Source: Euryarchaeota archaeon UBA62 (GTDB lineage Archaea; Thermoplasmatota; Poseidoniia; Poseidoniales; Thalassarchaeaceae). From it: 64,000 bases of DNA. The stretch covers positions 37,387-101,386 of the forward strand of contig DAPJ01000028.1 in assembly GCA_002502095.1 (NCBI GenBank), given 5' to 3'. The position numbers were made by a program, and so were the translations under genes. Below are positions 26,662-36,137 of this stretch, piece after piece. Within the stretch, counting starts at the first letter, position 1; every line of letters begins with the position of its first letter. The notes under the pieces were generated by a model, which saw only the letters and a program-made list of their open reading frames with translations, was not told the origin of the DNA and did no database searches.

Positions 26662-27429
26662 TTATTCCTCCGTCTCAAAGACGACGTCCCTACTCCTAGA
26701 TAAGAATCGTTCACCGGAATCTGCATAAATTATCTGTCCAGTTACTGACTTGGCCGATATGAGGTATACCACGGCCTCTGCAATATCTGTTGCCGAGGGT
26801 CCGGATTGCAAAGGGGACTGGGATTGTGCCTTCTCAAAGCCCTCCATTGTTTGCTCCGGACTTGGTAGTGTATGGCCGGGAGCCACTGCATTTACCCTAA
26901 TCGAAGGAGCCAGTCCCCTAGCAAGTGTTTCAGTCAATCCAGCCATAGCGAAACGCGAGGCGGTATACGACAGATAATCCGGGTTTGGCTGGGAAATCTT
27001 TTGATCGAGGATGTTGACCACAGAACCTACCTTGCCTGGAGGAAGGTTTCGACTTAGCTCTGAAATAAGTAAAGTGGGAGATAGGGCGTTGACGTGCATA
27101 TGACGATTCCATGATTCTAGTGAAACGTTGGAAATATCATCGAAGTTGAATAACGAAGCATTATTGACAACTCCTAATACTGGGCCCATTTCTTGTTTGA
27201 TTTCCTCGAATAATTTAGCCGGCATGGATTGATCAAGTAAGTCTCCAGAAAAACAGGCGGCTCTACCTCCTCTGGAATTGATTATATCTGCTAAATTGGA
27301 CGCCTCATTTTCCGAAGAATTGTAGTGTATTGCAATGGCATATCCACAATCGGAAAGGCGCAAGCAAATCTCTCTTCCAATCCTAACTGCGCCTCCTGTG
27401 ACCAGTATAACAGCCGCGTCCATGGGCAT
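26662..27429 (-). CDS. Short-chain dehydrogenase of the pteridine reductase / FolM family
   Basis: VTGGAVRIG (the TGxxxRIG variant typical of PTR1/FolM) and NNAS are present, and the active-site region reads YTASR instead of YxxxK. The start is probably ATG 27429 or 27423. The ORF track extends to a TTG at 27474. Confidence 0.78.
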   Translation of the reverse strand: MPMDAAVILVTGGAVRIGREICLRLSDCGYAIAIHYNSSENEASNLADIINSRGGRAACFSGDLLDQSMPAKLFEEIKQEMGPVLGVVNNASLFNFDDISNVSLESWNRHMHVNALSPTLLISELSRNLPPGKVGSVVNILDQKISQPNPDYLSYTASRFAMAGLTETLARGLAPSIRVNAVAPGHTLPSPEQTMEGFEKAQSQSPLQSGPSATDIAEAVVYLISAKSVTGQIIYADSGERFLSRSRDVVFETEE

Positions 27430-27519
27430 GGGAAGAGTTTCACTCCTATTACGGGTTGTATTGGACGACCCCAAAGGGGTCGATGAGAACGATTAACTCC
27501 GTACCACTATGCGGAACAT

Positions 27520-28581
27520 ATGATGGCGACGCGACTACCGACCGTTGACTCATCTCAAATTACTACAAATTCCTGTTCTGGAAATCTTGTTGAGAGCAAT
27601 AAAGTTAGGGTATCAAGGGAGAGGAAAAGACTTCCAAAATGGTTCAAGACCAGTCTTCCAATTGGGAAGTCCCAGTCCGTTTACAATAGTACCATGGCTA
27701 GCGTCAAGGATAATCACCTGAACACTGTTTGCGTTGAGGCGAGGTGTCCCAATATCCATGATTGCTGGGGAAGGGGGACTGCAACTTTCATGATTGCTGG
27801 AGATGTTTGTACGAGGGGTTGTAGATTCTGTGCCGTTAATACTGCAAAAACCCCTCCTCCATTGAACCCTGATGAGCCAGAAGATTTAGCGACTGCAATT
27901 GAGAGTATGGGAATAAATCATGCAGTGATTACTGTTGTAAATAGGGACGACCTGCCCGATGGAGGAGCGAGTCACTACAGAAAATGTATAATGGCAGTTC
28001 ACGATAGATGTCCAGATGTAGGGATTGAGTTACTTTGCTCGGACCTCGATGGTAACTTGGAATCTCTGAAAATACTGTTGAATGGATTGCCTATTCGTGT
28101 TTTTGCTCATAATGTTGAGTGTGTGCCAAGGCTAGACAAGATTGTTAGGGACAGAAGGGCCTCGTTCACACAATCTTTGAAGATTCTCTCTGAGGCAAAG
28201 AATTTGCGTCCAGATTTGAAGACTAAGACCAGTATCATGGTGGGCATAGGGGAGACCGACTCTGAGGTTATTGAAGCGATGGAGATGATTAGATCCTCGG
28301 AAGTTGATATGATTACTCTGGGTCAGTATCTCCAACCTGGTGAGCGCCATTTGCCTGTCGATAGATTCCCTGAGCCTTCTCAATTCGCTGATTGGGACAA
28401 GGAAGCTAGAGAGATGGGCTTCTCAGCCGTTGCTAGTGGCCCCCTTGTGAGGTCCAGCTATCGTGCTGGACTTCTGTGGGAAGAAGCCATGGGCTTGGAG
28501 CCAGTAGTTACTAGAGAGTCAACTGGTTCCGCGGTTAGTCACCTTACGTTTTCACCGGCTGAAGGAGGCCAAAAGATATGA
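27520..28581 (+). CDS. lipA: Lipoyl synthase (radical SAM)
   Basis: Both cluster motifs are present: CVEARCPNIHDCW and CTRGCRFCAV. The C-terminal RSSY is also present. Confidence 0.93.
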   Translation: MMATRLPTVDSSQITTNSCSGNLVESNKVRVSRERKRLPKWFKTSLPIGKSQSVYNSTMASVKDNHLNTVCVEARCPNIHDCWGRGTATFMIAGDVCTRGCRFCAVNTAKTPPPLNPDEPEDLATAIESMGINHAVITVVNRDDLPDGGASHYRKCIMAVHDRCPDVGIELLCSDLDGNLESLKILLNGLPIRVFAHNVECVPRLDKIVRDRRASFTQSLKILSEAKNLRPDLKTKTSIMVGIGETDSEVIEAMEMIRSSEVDMITLGQYLQPGERHLPVDRFPEPSQFADWDKEAREMGFSAVASGPLVRSSYRAGLLWEEAMGLEPVVTRESTGSAVSHLTFSPAEGGQKI

Positions 28582-28603
28582 GTGTTGAGAGGGTGTATGT
28601 ACC

Positions 28604-29845
28604 ATGAGCGAGGGGCACGGGGCGGATCCACTTCATGTTCCTGATGCGCCACATAGGCCTGGGGATGAGGCTGGTTTCGTCGAATGGCCATGGTCTCCAG
28701 AGGATTTGGAAAGGCCAAGTGTCGATTGTGATGCTCCTGAAACTTCCTCACTCGCAGAGGGCCTAGTGAGGGTTCTTGGGGATGACAATAAGTCTTCAGG
28801 GAATTGGGACCCAAAGCTCTCCGCAGAAGAGATGATATCCGGCCTTGAGCATATGATGAGGCTTCGGATATTTGATGACAGAATGATGAAAATGCAGAGA
28901 ACTGGTAAGCTCTCATTCTACATGCGATCTTACGGAGAAGAGGCGGTTGCTATAGCTCAGACAATGGCTTTGAAAGATCAAGACTGGCTATTCCCTACTT
29001 ACAGGCAGCCAGGTGCCCAATTCGTCAGAGGTAGGGATATGGTCAGTATGATTTGCCATTGCATTGGTAACGAAATGGATAATGTCAAAGGTAGACAAAT
29101 GCCTGTTCACTACACTTACAGAGACGGACGATTCATTTCTGTTTCAAGTCCTGTTGGGACACAGTTTAGCCAGGCAGTTGGAGTAGCTTTGGCTTCAGAC
29201 TACAAGGGTCTTGATGAAGTCACGATTACATGGATCGGCGATGGCGCTAGTGCGGAAGGGGACTATCATTACGCGTTGAATTTCGCCAGTATATTTCAAG
29301 CTCCGGTGATACTAAACGTTGTCAATAATCAGTGGGCAATTTCCACACACAAAAATTTCGCAAGTAAAAATGGTAATTTTGCCGTCAGGGGACTGCCATA
29401 TGGAATTCCCAGTATACGTGTTGACGGAAATGATTTCTTGGCCCTGTATTCTGTTACTTCCTGGGCTAGGGAAAGAGCATCTGCAGGACTAGGCCCCACA
29501 CACATAGAGGTCTTGACATATCGCGCAGGAGCGCATAGCAGTAGCGATGACCCATCTAGGTATAGGCCGTCCGATATTCATTCATTCTGGCCTGGAGGAG
29601 ATCCCATATATCGCCTTAGAGACCATCTCAAAGAGATAGGGGAATGGTCAGACGAGGAACATCAGAAGCTTTCTGAAAGAATAGACTCAGAGGTGATGGC
29701 GGCATACAAAGAAGCCGTCAAATTCGGAGATTTAGCTAATGGCCCGTATCCATCATCTGACGCGATTTTCACAGAAGTTTACGAGAACCCCCCATGGCAT
29801 CTAGAAGAACAGTGGGATGAAATGAAGAGATGGAGGGATTCATGA
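28604..29845 (+). CDS. 2-oxoacid dehydrogenase E1 component, alpha subunit (branched-chain/pyruvate type, TPP-binding)
   Basis: Contains the TPP motif GDGASAEGDYHYALNFASIFQAPVILNVVNNQWAIS and YRAGAHSSSDDPSRYR. Confidence 0.92.
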   Translation: MSEGHGADPLHVPDAPHRPGDEAGFVEWPWSPEDLERPSVDCDAPETSSLAEGLVRVLGDDNKSSGNWDPKLSAEEMISGLEHMMRLRIFDDRMMKMQRTGKLSFYMRSYGEEAVAIAQTMALKDQDWLFPTYRQPGAQFVRGRDMVSMICHCIGNEMDNVKGRQMPVHYTYRDGRFISVSSPVGTQFSQAVGVALASDYKGLDEVTITWIGDGASAEGDYHYALNFASIFQAPVILNVVNNQWAISTHKNFASKNGNFAVRGLPYGIPSIRVDGNDFLALYSVTSWARERASAGLGPTHIEVLTYRAGAHSSSDDPSRYRPSDIHSFWPGGDPIYRLRDHLKEIGEWSDEEHQKLSERIDSEVMAAYKEAVKFGDLANGPYPSSDAIFTEVYENPPWHLEEQWDEMKRWRDS

Positions 29846-30855
29846 TGCCTAACATGAATATGGTAGAATCAGTAAATAATGCCCTTGATACAATGCTCTC
29901 AAAGGATAAGGATGTCATAATGTTCGGCGAAGATATTGGATACTTTGGCGGTGTTTTCAGAACTTGTGATGGCCTGCAAGAGAAGTACGGAAAACATAGG
30001 GTCTTTGACTCTCCACTTTCCGAGGGAGGAATTGCGGCTACAGCTTTCGGGATGGGAATCAATGGACTTAGGCCTGTGGTTGAGATTCAATTCGCCGACT
30101 ATATTTTCCCAGCTTACGATCAGATAGTTAACGAGATGGCCAAGGTCAGACATCGCTCTGGGGGAGAGTTCTGGTGTCCTGTAACCATAAGGACCCCTGC
30201 AGGAGGGGGAATCAGAGGAGGCCATCATCACTCGCAATCACCCGAGGCCCAGTTTACTCATACGCCAGGACTCAAAGTTGTCTATTGCTCAACCCCTTAC
30301 AACGCCAAGGGGCTATTGATAAGCGCCATAGAGGATAATGATCCGGTTATTTTCTTCGAGCCTAAGAGGTGCTACAGAGGACCTTTCTATGGGGACCCAC
30401 ACAATGTGCCGACTTGGTCTGGCCATCCTGAGGCAGAGGTGCCTGAATCCCATTATTCGATTCCCTTGGGCGAGGCGCGATTGGCCATGGAGGGCGACAG
30501 ATGTACGGTGATCTCTTGGGGTGCGATGGTTCATGTGTGCGAGCAGGCAATCAGGGATAGCGGGATATCTTGTGATCTCATTGATCTCCAAACTCTAGTC
30601 CCTTGGGATAGAGAAGCTGTAGTAACATCGATTCAAAAGACTGGTAGGTGCGTAATCGTTCATGAGGCTCCAAAAACCAGTGGATTCGGAGCTGAAATGG
30701 CAGCTTCTATCCAAGAGCGATGCTTTTGGAGTCTGGAATCCCCAATAGAGAGAGTGACTGGATGGGACACTCCTTTTCCCCATACTACTGAATGGGATTA
30801 CATGCCCGGACCAGACAGAGTGGCCGCGGCTATAGCGAAAACACAGGAGGATTAA
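29842..30855 (+). CDS. 2-oxoacid dehydrogenase E1 component, beta subunit
   Basis: The ATG at 29842 overlaps the E1alpha stop (ATGA), with GGAGGG at 29832-29837. The protein reads MFGEDIGYFGGVFRTCDGLQEKYG...RVFDSPLSE. The ORF track start at 29830 is less likely. Confidence 0.92.
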   Translation: MMPNMNMVESVNNALDTMLSKDKDVIMFGEDIGYFGGVFRTCDGLQEKYGKHRVFDSPLSEGGIAATAFGMGINGLRPVVEIQFADYIFPAYDQIVNEMAKVRHRSGGEFWCPVTIRTPAGGGIRGGHHHSQSPEAQFTHTPGLKVVYCSTPYNAKGLLISAIEDNDPVIFFEPKRCYRGPFYGDPHNVPTWSGHPEAEVPESHYSIPLGEARLAMEGDRCTVISWGAMVHVCEQAIRDSGISCDLIDLQTLVPWDREAVVTSIQKTGRCVIVHEAPKTSGFGAEMAASIQERCFWSLESPIERVTGWDTPFPHTTEWDYMPGPDRVAAAIAKTQED

Positions 30856-30856
30856 C

Positions 30857-32143
30857 ATGGCGAAATATGATTTCAAATTACCCGATATTGGAGAAGGAGT
30901 CGTGGAGGGAGAAGTAGTCACTTGGCACGTATCCGTAGGGGATTCAGTTTCTGAGGATGACCCCATTGTTGATGTGATGACTGATAAGGCCACTGTAACT
31001 ATTCCTTCCCCGACAGATGGTACTGTCCTGTCCCTCAATGGGGAGGTGGGCGATATGATTGCTGTTGGGTCGGTTCTGATAGAATTCGATACCGATGGGA
31101 CTGGTCTTGAAACTCCCAATGAAGATGAAGGGCCTCAAGTGGTTGAAGAAAAGAAGCCAGATGAAGAAAAGAAGGCCTCCGCGGAAATCGAAAAGAAAGT
31201 AGAGGTAAAAGCACCCGAAATTTCGAAACCTATTGAAATTTCGGCTCCCGAAATACCTGTTTCTAGTTCCAAAACAGTACTAGCCAGCCCGGCTGTCAGA
31301 AGAAGGGCCAGAGAATCGGGAATAGATCTTTCATCATTGAATGGCAGTGGTCCTGCTGGAAGAATTAGACATGCGGACATAGATGCCTTCGTAGCTGGAG
31401 GAGGAGCCATAATGGGAGCTCCCCCTGTGGCGTACTCTACGAAGAGAAGCGGCATTAACGAGGTCAAAATTGTTGGCCTCAGGAGGAAGATTTCCGAGCA
31501 GATGGTCAAGAGTGCTTTTTCCATACCTCATTTCTCATATTTTGAGGAGGTTGATGTTACGGAGCTTGAAGGATTGAGGCAGGCACTGAACGCTAGTCGT
31601 GGAGAGGATCAGCCAAAACTTACCTACTTGCCTTTCATCATGCTAGCCCTAGCTAAAATTATGCCAGAACATCCAGAATGTAATGGGTATTTCTATGATG
31701 AAGAAGGATTAGTCCACCGGCATGAGGCTGTAAACTTGGGAATAGCCACACAGACAGATAGGGGACTATACGTACCAGTCGTCAAGAATGTCGAGGCCAT
31801 GGACGTCTGGCAAGCGGCGAGCGACCTGATCCGTGTTTCGGGAGCAGCGAGATCGGGTACGGCTAGTCTTGATGACTTAACAGGTTCCACTTTCACAATT
31901 ACCAGTCTTGGAAGAGAAGGGGGTCTTGGTGCGACACCAATAATTAATCATCCAGAGATGGCTATATTGGGAGTGCATAAAGCTAGGGAAATGCCAGTTG
32001 TCAGAAGTGGAAATATCGAAGTCAGGAGAATCATGAATCTTTCCAGCTCCTTCGATCATAGAGTAATCGATGGAGCAGATGGAGCTAGTCTGGTTCAGCA
32101 TCTGAAAAGAATGCTAGAGCATCCTGCTATGATATTCATGTGA
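30857..32143 (+). CDS. 2-oxoacid dehydrogenase E2 component (dihydrolipoamide acyltransferase)
   Basis: Contains the lipoyl domain with DVMTDKATVTIPSP, the E3-binding domain ASPAVRRRARESGIDL, and the catalytic DHRVIDGA. GGAGG lies at 30846-30850. Confidence 0.93.
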   Translation: MAKYDFKLPDIGEGVVEGEVVTWHVSVGDSVSEDDPIVDVMTDKATVTIPSPTDGTVLSLNGEVGDMIAVGSVLIEFDTDGTGLETPNEDEGPQVVEEKKPDEEKKASAEIEKKVEVKAPEISKPIEISAPEIPVSSSKTVLASPAVRRRARESGIDLSSLNGSGPAGRIRHADIDAFVAGGGAIMGAPPVAYSTKRSGINEVKIVGLRRKISEQMVKSAFSIPHFSYFEEVDVTELEGLRQALNASRGEDQPKLTYLPFIMLALAKIMPEHPECNGYFYDEEGLVHRHEAVNLGIATQTDRGLYVPVVKNVEAMDVWQAASDLIRVSGAARSGTASLDDLTGSTFTITSLGREGGLGATPIINHPEMAILGVHKAREMPVVRSGNIEVRRIMNLSSSFDHRVIDGADGASLVQHLKRMLEHPAMIFM

Positions 32144-32152
32144 GGTGGCATA

Positions 32153-33589
32153 ATGACTGAAATTAGAAAATGTCAAGTCTTGATAGTTGGCGCAGGTCCT
32201 GGTGGATATGTAGCTGGAATTAGATCTGGTCAGCTCGGCCTTGATACCATTGTTGTAGAAGGGGATAAATCAGGAGGAACCTGTCTGATTAGAGGGTGCA
32301 TTCCAAGTAAGGCAATGATACATGCGGCTGAGAGATTTGAGTCACTTTCGAAGCATAGTTCTGAGAATGGACATATGGGTATTTCGATATCATCTGAACC
32401 AGTGCTAGATATGCCATCACTGATTTCTTGGAAGGACTCAATTGTAGACCGTTTGAACAAAGGCGTAGAATCTCTGTTGAAGGGAGCTGGTGTAGACTTA
32501 GTAAAAGGATGGGCAACTTTCACTGGCCCTAAGAGGTGTACTGTAAAAACCTCTGAAGGCAATATAGAAATTGAGGCAGAAAATGTAATCATTGCAACTG
32601 GATCTAGTCACATAGACCTTCCTTTCATGCCTTGTGATGAAGAGTTCGTACTCTCTTCAACGGGAGCTCTTGAGTTAGATTCCTTGCCCTCAAAAGTCGC
32701 CATAGTTGGAGGCGGTTATATTGGATTAGAGCTCGGGTGCGCACTTTCTAAATTGGGGTCAGAGGTAACGGTAATAGAGGGGATGGACAGTATATTAGGA
32801 ATATTTGACAAGGAGCTCCGAAGACCTCTCGAGATATGGCTGAAGAAGCATGGAGTCTCAATCCATACTGGCTCTCTAGCCAAGGGTGCAGAGGTCAAGG
32901 GGAGAGGCGCCTCGAAGAAAGTCGAGCTCTCTTTCGAGAAGGAGGGGGAGCTTCAATCAATTAAGGTCGACAAGGTATTGGTAACTGTTGGAAGGAAGCC
33001 GAATACCAAGGATTGGGGATTAGAGACCATGGGGGTAAGGATGGATCACTCCGGACGATTCATCAGAATTGACAGACAATGCAGGACAAATGTCCCAGGT
33101 GTCTTCGCTATCGGTGATGTTTCAGGAGAGCCAATGCTGGCACACAAGGCTAGTTCACAGGGAGAGATGGTAGCTGAGATTATTTCAGGATTAAACAGAG
33201 AGTTTGACAAGGTTGCTATCCCTGCTATTGTTTTCACCGAACCTGAGATAGTTTCTGTGGGTTTGATGCCTGATGAAGCTAAAGAAAGGGGCGAGGAGAT
33301 AATTGTCGGGAAGTTTCCACTAGCTGCGAATGGCAGAGCTCTAACTCTTGAAGCCGAGAAAACAGGCGGATTTATCAGAGTTGTAGCTCGAGATTCTGAT
33401 CACGTTATCCTAGGAATACAGGCAGTAGGAAGTCATGTAGCTGAACTCCATGGAGAGTTTGTACTAGCTCTTGAGATGGGTGCCCTCTTGGAGGATATTG
33501 CCGATACGGTGCACGCTCATCCGACCATGACAGAGGCCTTCCACGAAAGCGTTCTAAAATCTCTAGGTCACGCTATCCATTCAGCATGA
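32153..33589 (+). CDS. lpdA: Dihydrolipoamide dehydrogenase (E3)
   Basis: Contains FAD motif GAGPGGY, the redox disulfide GGTCLIRGCIPSK, and the C-terminal HAHPTMTE. Confidence 0.94.
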   Translation: MTEIRKCQVLIVGAGPGGYVAGIRSGQLGLDTIVVEGDKSGGTCLIRGCIPSKAMIHAAERFESLSKHSSENGHMGISISSEPVLDMPSLISWKDSIVDRLNKGVESLLKGAGVDLVKGWATFTGPKRCTVKTSEGNIEIEAENVIIATGSSHIDLPFMPCDEEFVLSSTGALELDSLPSKVAIVGGGYIGLELGCALSKLGSEVTVIEGMDSILGIFDKELRRPLEIWLKKHGVSIHTGSLAKGAEVKGRGASKKVELSFEKEGELQSIKVDKVLVTVGRKPNTKDWGLETMGVRMDHSGRFIRIDRQCRTNVPGVFAIGDVSGEPMLAHKASSQGEMVAEIISGLNREFDKVAIPAIVFTEPEIVSVGLMPDEAKERGEEIIVGKFPLAANGRALTLEAEKTGGFIRVVARDSDHVILGIQAVGSHVAELHGEFVLALEMGALLEDIADTVHAHPTMTEAFHESVLKSLGHAIHSA

Positions 33590-33598
33590 GGTGGATTC

Positions 33599-34267
33599 TT
33601 GTCAGAGATAAAAATACTCCATCTCGGAGTAGAGGAGTATTCTACAGTTTTTGAGAAGATGAAAAAATTACAGGAAAGAAGAATCGAGGATGAAATTACT
33701 GATACTCTGATTTTCGTTACTCATCCAGAAGTTGTCACCTTGGGGCCCAAGGCAGTTAGGGATGGAGTGGAGATTGAAGATTATCAGGTATTCGAGACAG
33801 ATAGAGGAGGTGGGGCAACATGGCATGGACCTGGACAACTAGTTGTCTATCCAATAATTAAGTGGGAAGGAGAGTTACAAAGTGTCAGAGCAGTGATATC
33901 TCTGTTGGAGGATTGGACAATATCGGCTTTCGAAGTATGTGGCATTGAGTCATACAAAGACGAAGCGATGCAAGGAGTATGGGTCGATGGGCACAAAATT
34001 TGCTCCATTGGGCTTTCTTTCTTCAAATGGGTCAGTAGGCATGGGATGTCAATAAATGTGAATACACCGGGTTCCAGGGTAGAGAGAGTCTCTGGATGTG
34101 GCATGCAGGAAGGAACCCATACTTGTCTACACAAGCTTGGATATCGTTTCGATAGGGAAGGGAATGAGATTGATATCAAAAGAATTGAAGATGCATTGTT
34201 TGAGACATGTCAGAGAATTCTAGGGAGAGTCCCTAGTAACAATATGGGCGAGGATATGAGGGCTTAG
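33599..34267 (+). CDS. lipB: Octanoyltransferase (lipoate-protein ligase B)
   Basis: Contains TDRGGGATWHGPGQLVVYPI and KICSIGL. The TTG start has GGTGG 5 nt upstream. Confidence 0.9.
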   Translation: MSEIKILHLGVEEYSTVFEKMKKLQERRIEDEITDTLIFVTHPEVVTLGPKAVRDGVEIEDYQVFETDRGGGATWHGPGQLVVYPIIKWEGELQSVRAVISLLEDWTISAFEVCGIESYKDEAMQGVWVDGHKICSIGLSFFKWVSRHGMSINVNTPGSRVERVSGCGMQEGTHTCLHKLGYRFDREGNEIDIKRIEDALFETCQRILGRVPSNNMGEDMRA

Positions 34268-34268
34268 A

Positions 34269-35462
34269 ATGATTCCAGAGAAAGGGCCACTTGCCAGACT
34301 GTGGGGATTAGACCCCAATACAGTCTTCCTAAACCATGGATCATTCGGTGCGTCCCCCCTTGCTGTTCGTGAGGAGCAGGATAGAATCAGAAATGAAATG
34401 GAAGAAGATCCGGTATATTTTGTGGAGAGGAGAATGAAAAATCTATGGGAAGAGTCCATTTTTGAGCTATCCAGATTTCTTAATGCAGATCCAGAAGGTA
34501 TGGTCTTCGTTACAAATGCGACAATGGGAGTAAATACTGTACTCAGATCTCTAAAACTTTCACCGGGAGATGAAATTATTGTTCCAGATCACGCATATCA
34601 GGCTTGTAAGAATGCGATTGATTTCGTTACTGGAAGAACTGGCGCGAGGACAGTAATTATTCAGGTTCCTTTCAGGGTGGACGATGATTCCGAAATCATT
34701 GAGCCGATATTATCTGCAGTGACGAGCAGAACGGTATTAGCAATGATAGATACTGTTTCCAGCCCTACGGGCATAAGGATGCCATTTGAGAAACTAGTAT
34801 ATCAACTACAGAACAGGGGTGTTGATGTCCTAGTTGATGCTGCTCACGGCCCTGGAATTGTTCCTCTGGATATTACTAAATTGAATCCAGCCTATATTAC
34901 TGGAAATTGTCACAAGTGGCTATGTACCCCAAAGGGCTCTGCTTTCCTTCATATTAGGGAAGATAAGAGGACGGAGATTTGCCCATTAAACATAGGTCAT
35001 GGCTATTCAAGTGATTTACCTGTAGCAGAGAAATTCCGATTTGAATTTGACTGGTCGGGTACACGAGACCCCAGTCCATGGTTGTGTATTCCGTTCTCTA
35101 TTGGGTACTTGGGAAGTCAGATTAAAGGAGGTTGGGAAGGGATAATGACGAAGAACAAGGAGATGATACTTCAAGGTAGAGAGCTTCTTTGTGAGGCTCT
35201 GGGGACCACACCTCCAACTCCAGATTCCATGATTTCTTCGATGTCATCAGTTGAGTTCCCCTGGGAGGGCGAAGTCCCCCCCTCTCCGCCGGATGGTGAA
35301 CCCACTCACAATTTACTTTATGATGAGTACAGGATTCAAGTACCGGTGATTTCATGGCCTGTTCACAACACCAAATATATCAGGATTTCAGCTCATATTT
35401 ACAACACTAAAGAGGAGTTTGAATATCTCTCAGAATCGCTAAAATCAATTTTAGGGAGTTAG
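34269..35462 (+). CDS. Class V aminotransferase-fold PLP enzyme (isopenicillin-N epimerase / cysteine desulfurase-like)
   Basis: Contains LNHGSFG, the PLP-lysine region GNCHKWLCTPKGSAFL, and the C-terminal RISAHIYN. Confidence 0.85.
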   Translation: MIPEKGPLARLWGLDPNTVFLNHGSFGASPLAVREEQDRIRNEMEEDPVYFVERRMKNLWEESIFELSRFLNADPEGMVFVTNATMGVNTVLRSLKLSPGDEIIVPDHAYQACKNAIDFVTGRTGARTVIIQVPFRVDDDSEIIEPILSAVTSRTVLAMIDTVSSPTGIRMPFEKLVYQLQNRGVDVLVDAAHGPGIVPLDITKLNPAYITGNCHKWLCTPKGSAFLHIREDKRTEICPLNIGHGYSSDLPVAEKFRFEFDWSGTRDPSPWLCIPFSIGYLGSQIKGGWEGIMTKNKEMILQGRELLCEALGTTPPTPDSMISSMSSVEFPWEGEVPPSPPDGEPTHNLLYDEYRIQVPVISWPVHNTKYIRISAHIYNTKEEFEYLSESLKSILGS

Positions 35463-35498
35463 GCAACCATTCAAGGCATGTAGCATTGCCGGCACATC

Positions 35499-36077
35499 AT
35501 GCCTAGTGCAGTAGTAGCGATAACTGGGGCCTCGGGTGCCCGCTATGGAGTTAGGTTAGTTGAGCAACTAAGTCTAGCTGGATGGGAAATTGATCTCATA
35601 GTGAGTAAAGCCGGTGAAATCAATCTCAAACTAGAGTGTGGCATAGGGGCTGCGGAGCTGGATGAAATTGAGGGCGTCTCCATACACAATAATGCGAATC
35701 TTGCTGCCAGACCGGCTTCTGGATCAGCATTGTATGACGCCTATGTAATCTGTCCAGCTAGTGGAACAACCATAGGAAAAATTGGAGCAGGAATATCTGA
35801 TAATCTATCAACTAGAAGCGCTCTTGTTGCAATCAAGGAGAGAAGGAAGCTGATCATTGTACCAAGGGAAACTCCTTCGCCTACGCCTCACCTTGAGGCT
35901 ATGGCAAAGATGTCTTCGTGGGGAGTTGTCATATTACCAGCTAATCCGGGATTCTATAATTCACCAGAGTCAATTGATGACTTAATTGACTTCGTCGTAG
36001 CCAGAATTTTGGATCAGATGGGGGTGTCACACACTCTTGGTAAGAGATGGACCGGTGATGAAGTAACACTTGAGTAA
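35499..36077 (+). CDS. ubiX: Flavin prenyltransferase UbiX
   Basis: Contains AITGASGARYGVRL...ICPASGTTIGKIGAGISDNL...VPRETP. No UbiD partner lies in the window. Confidence 0.9.
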   Translation: MPSAVVAITGASGARYGVRLVEQLSLAGWEIDLIVSKAGEINLKLECGIGAAELDEIEGVSIHNNANLAARPASGSALYDAYVICPASGTTIGKIGAGISDNLSTRSALVAIKERRKLIIVPRETPSPTPHLEAMAKMSSWGVVILPANPGFYNSPESIDDLIDFVVARILDQMGVSHTLGKRWTGDEVTLE

Positions 36078-36137
36078 ACGAGTTATTTCAGATAATCTCC
36101 AGAATGGGTTCAATAGTCAGCGTGATTTAACTCTGCT

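Noticed and set aside
30595-31119. 174-aa minus-strand ORF spanning the E1beta/E2 junction
   Set aside because: It is antisense to two strongly recognisable genes and has a Ser/Pro/Thr-rich composition with no family resemblance.
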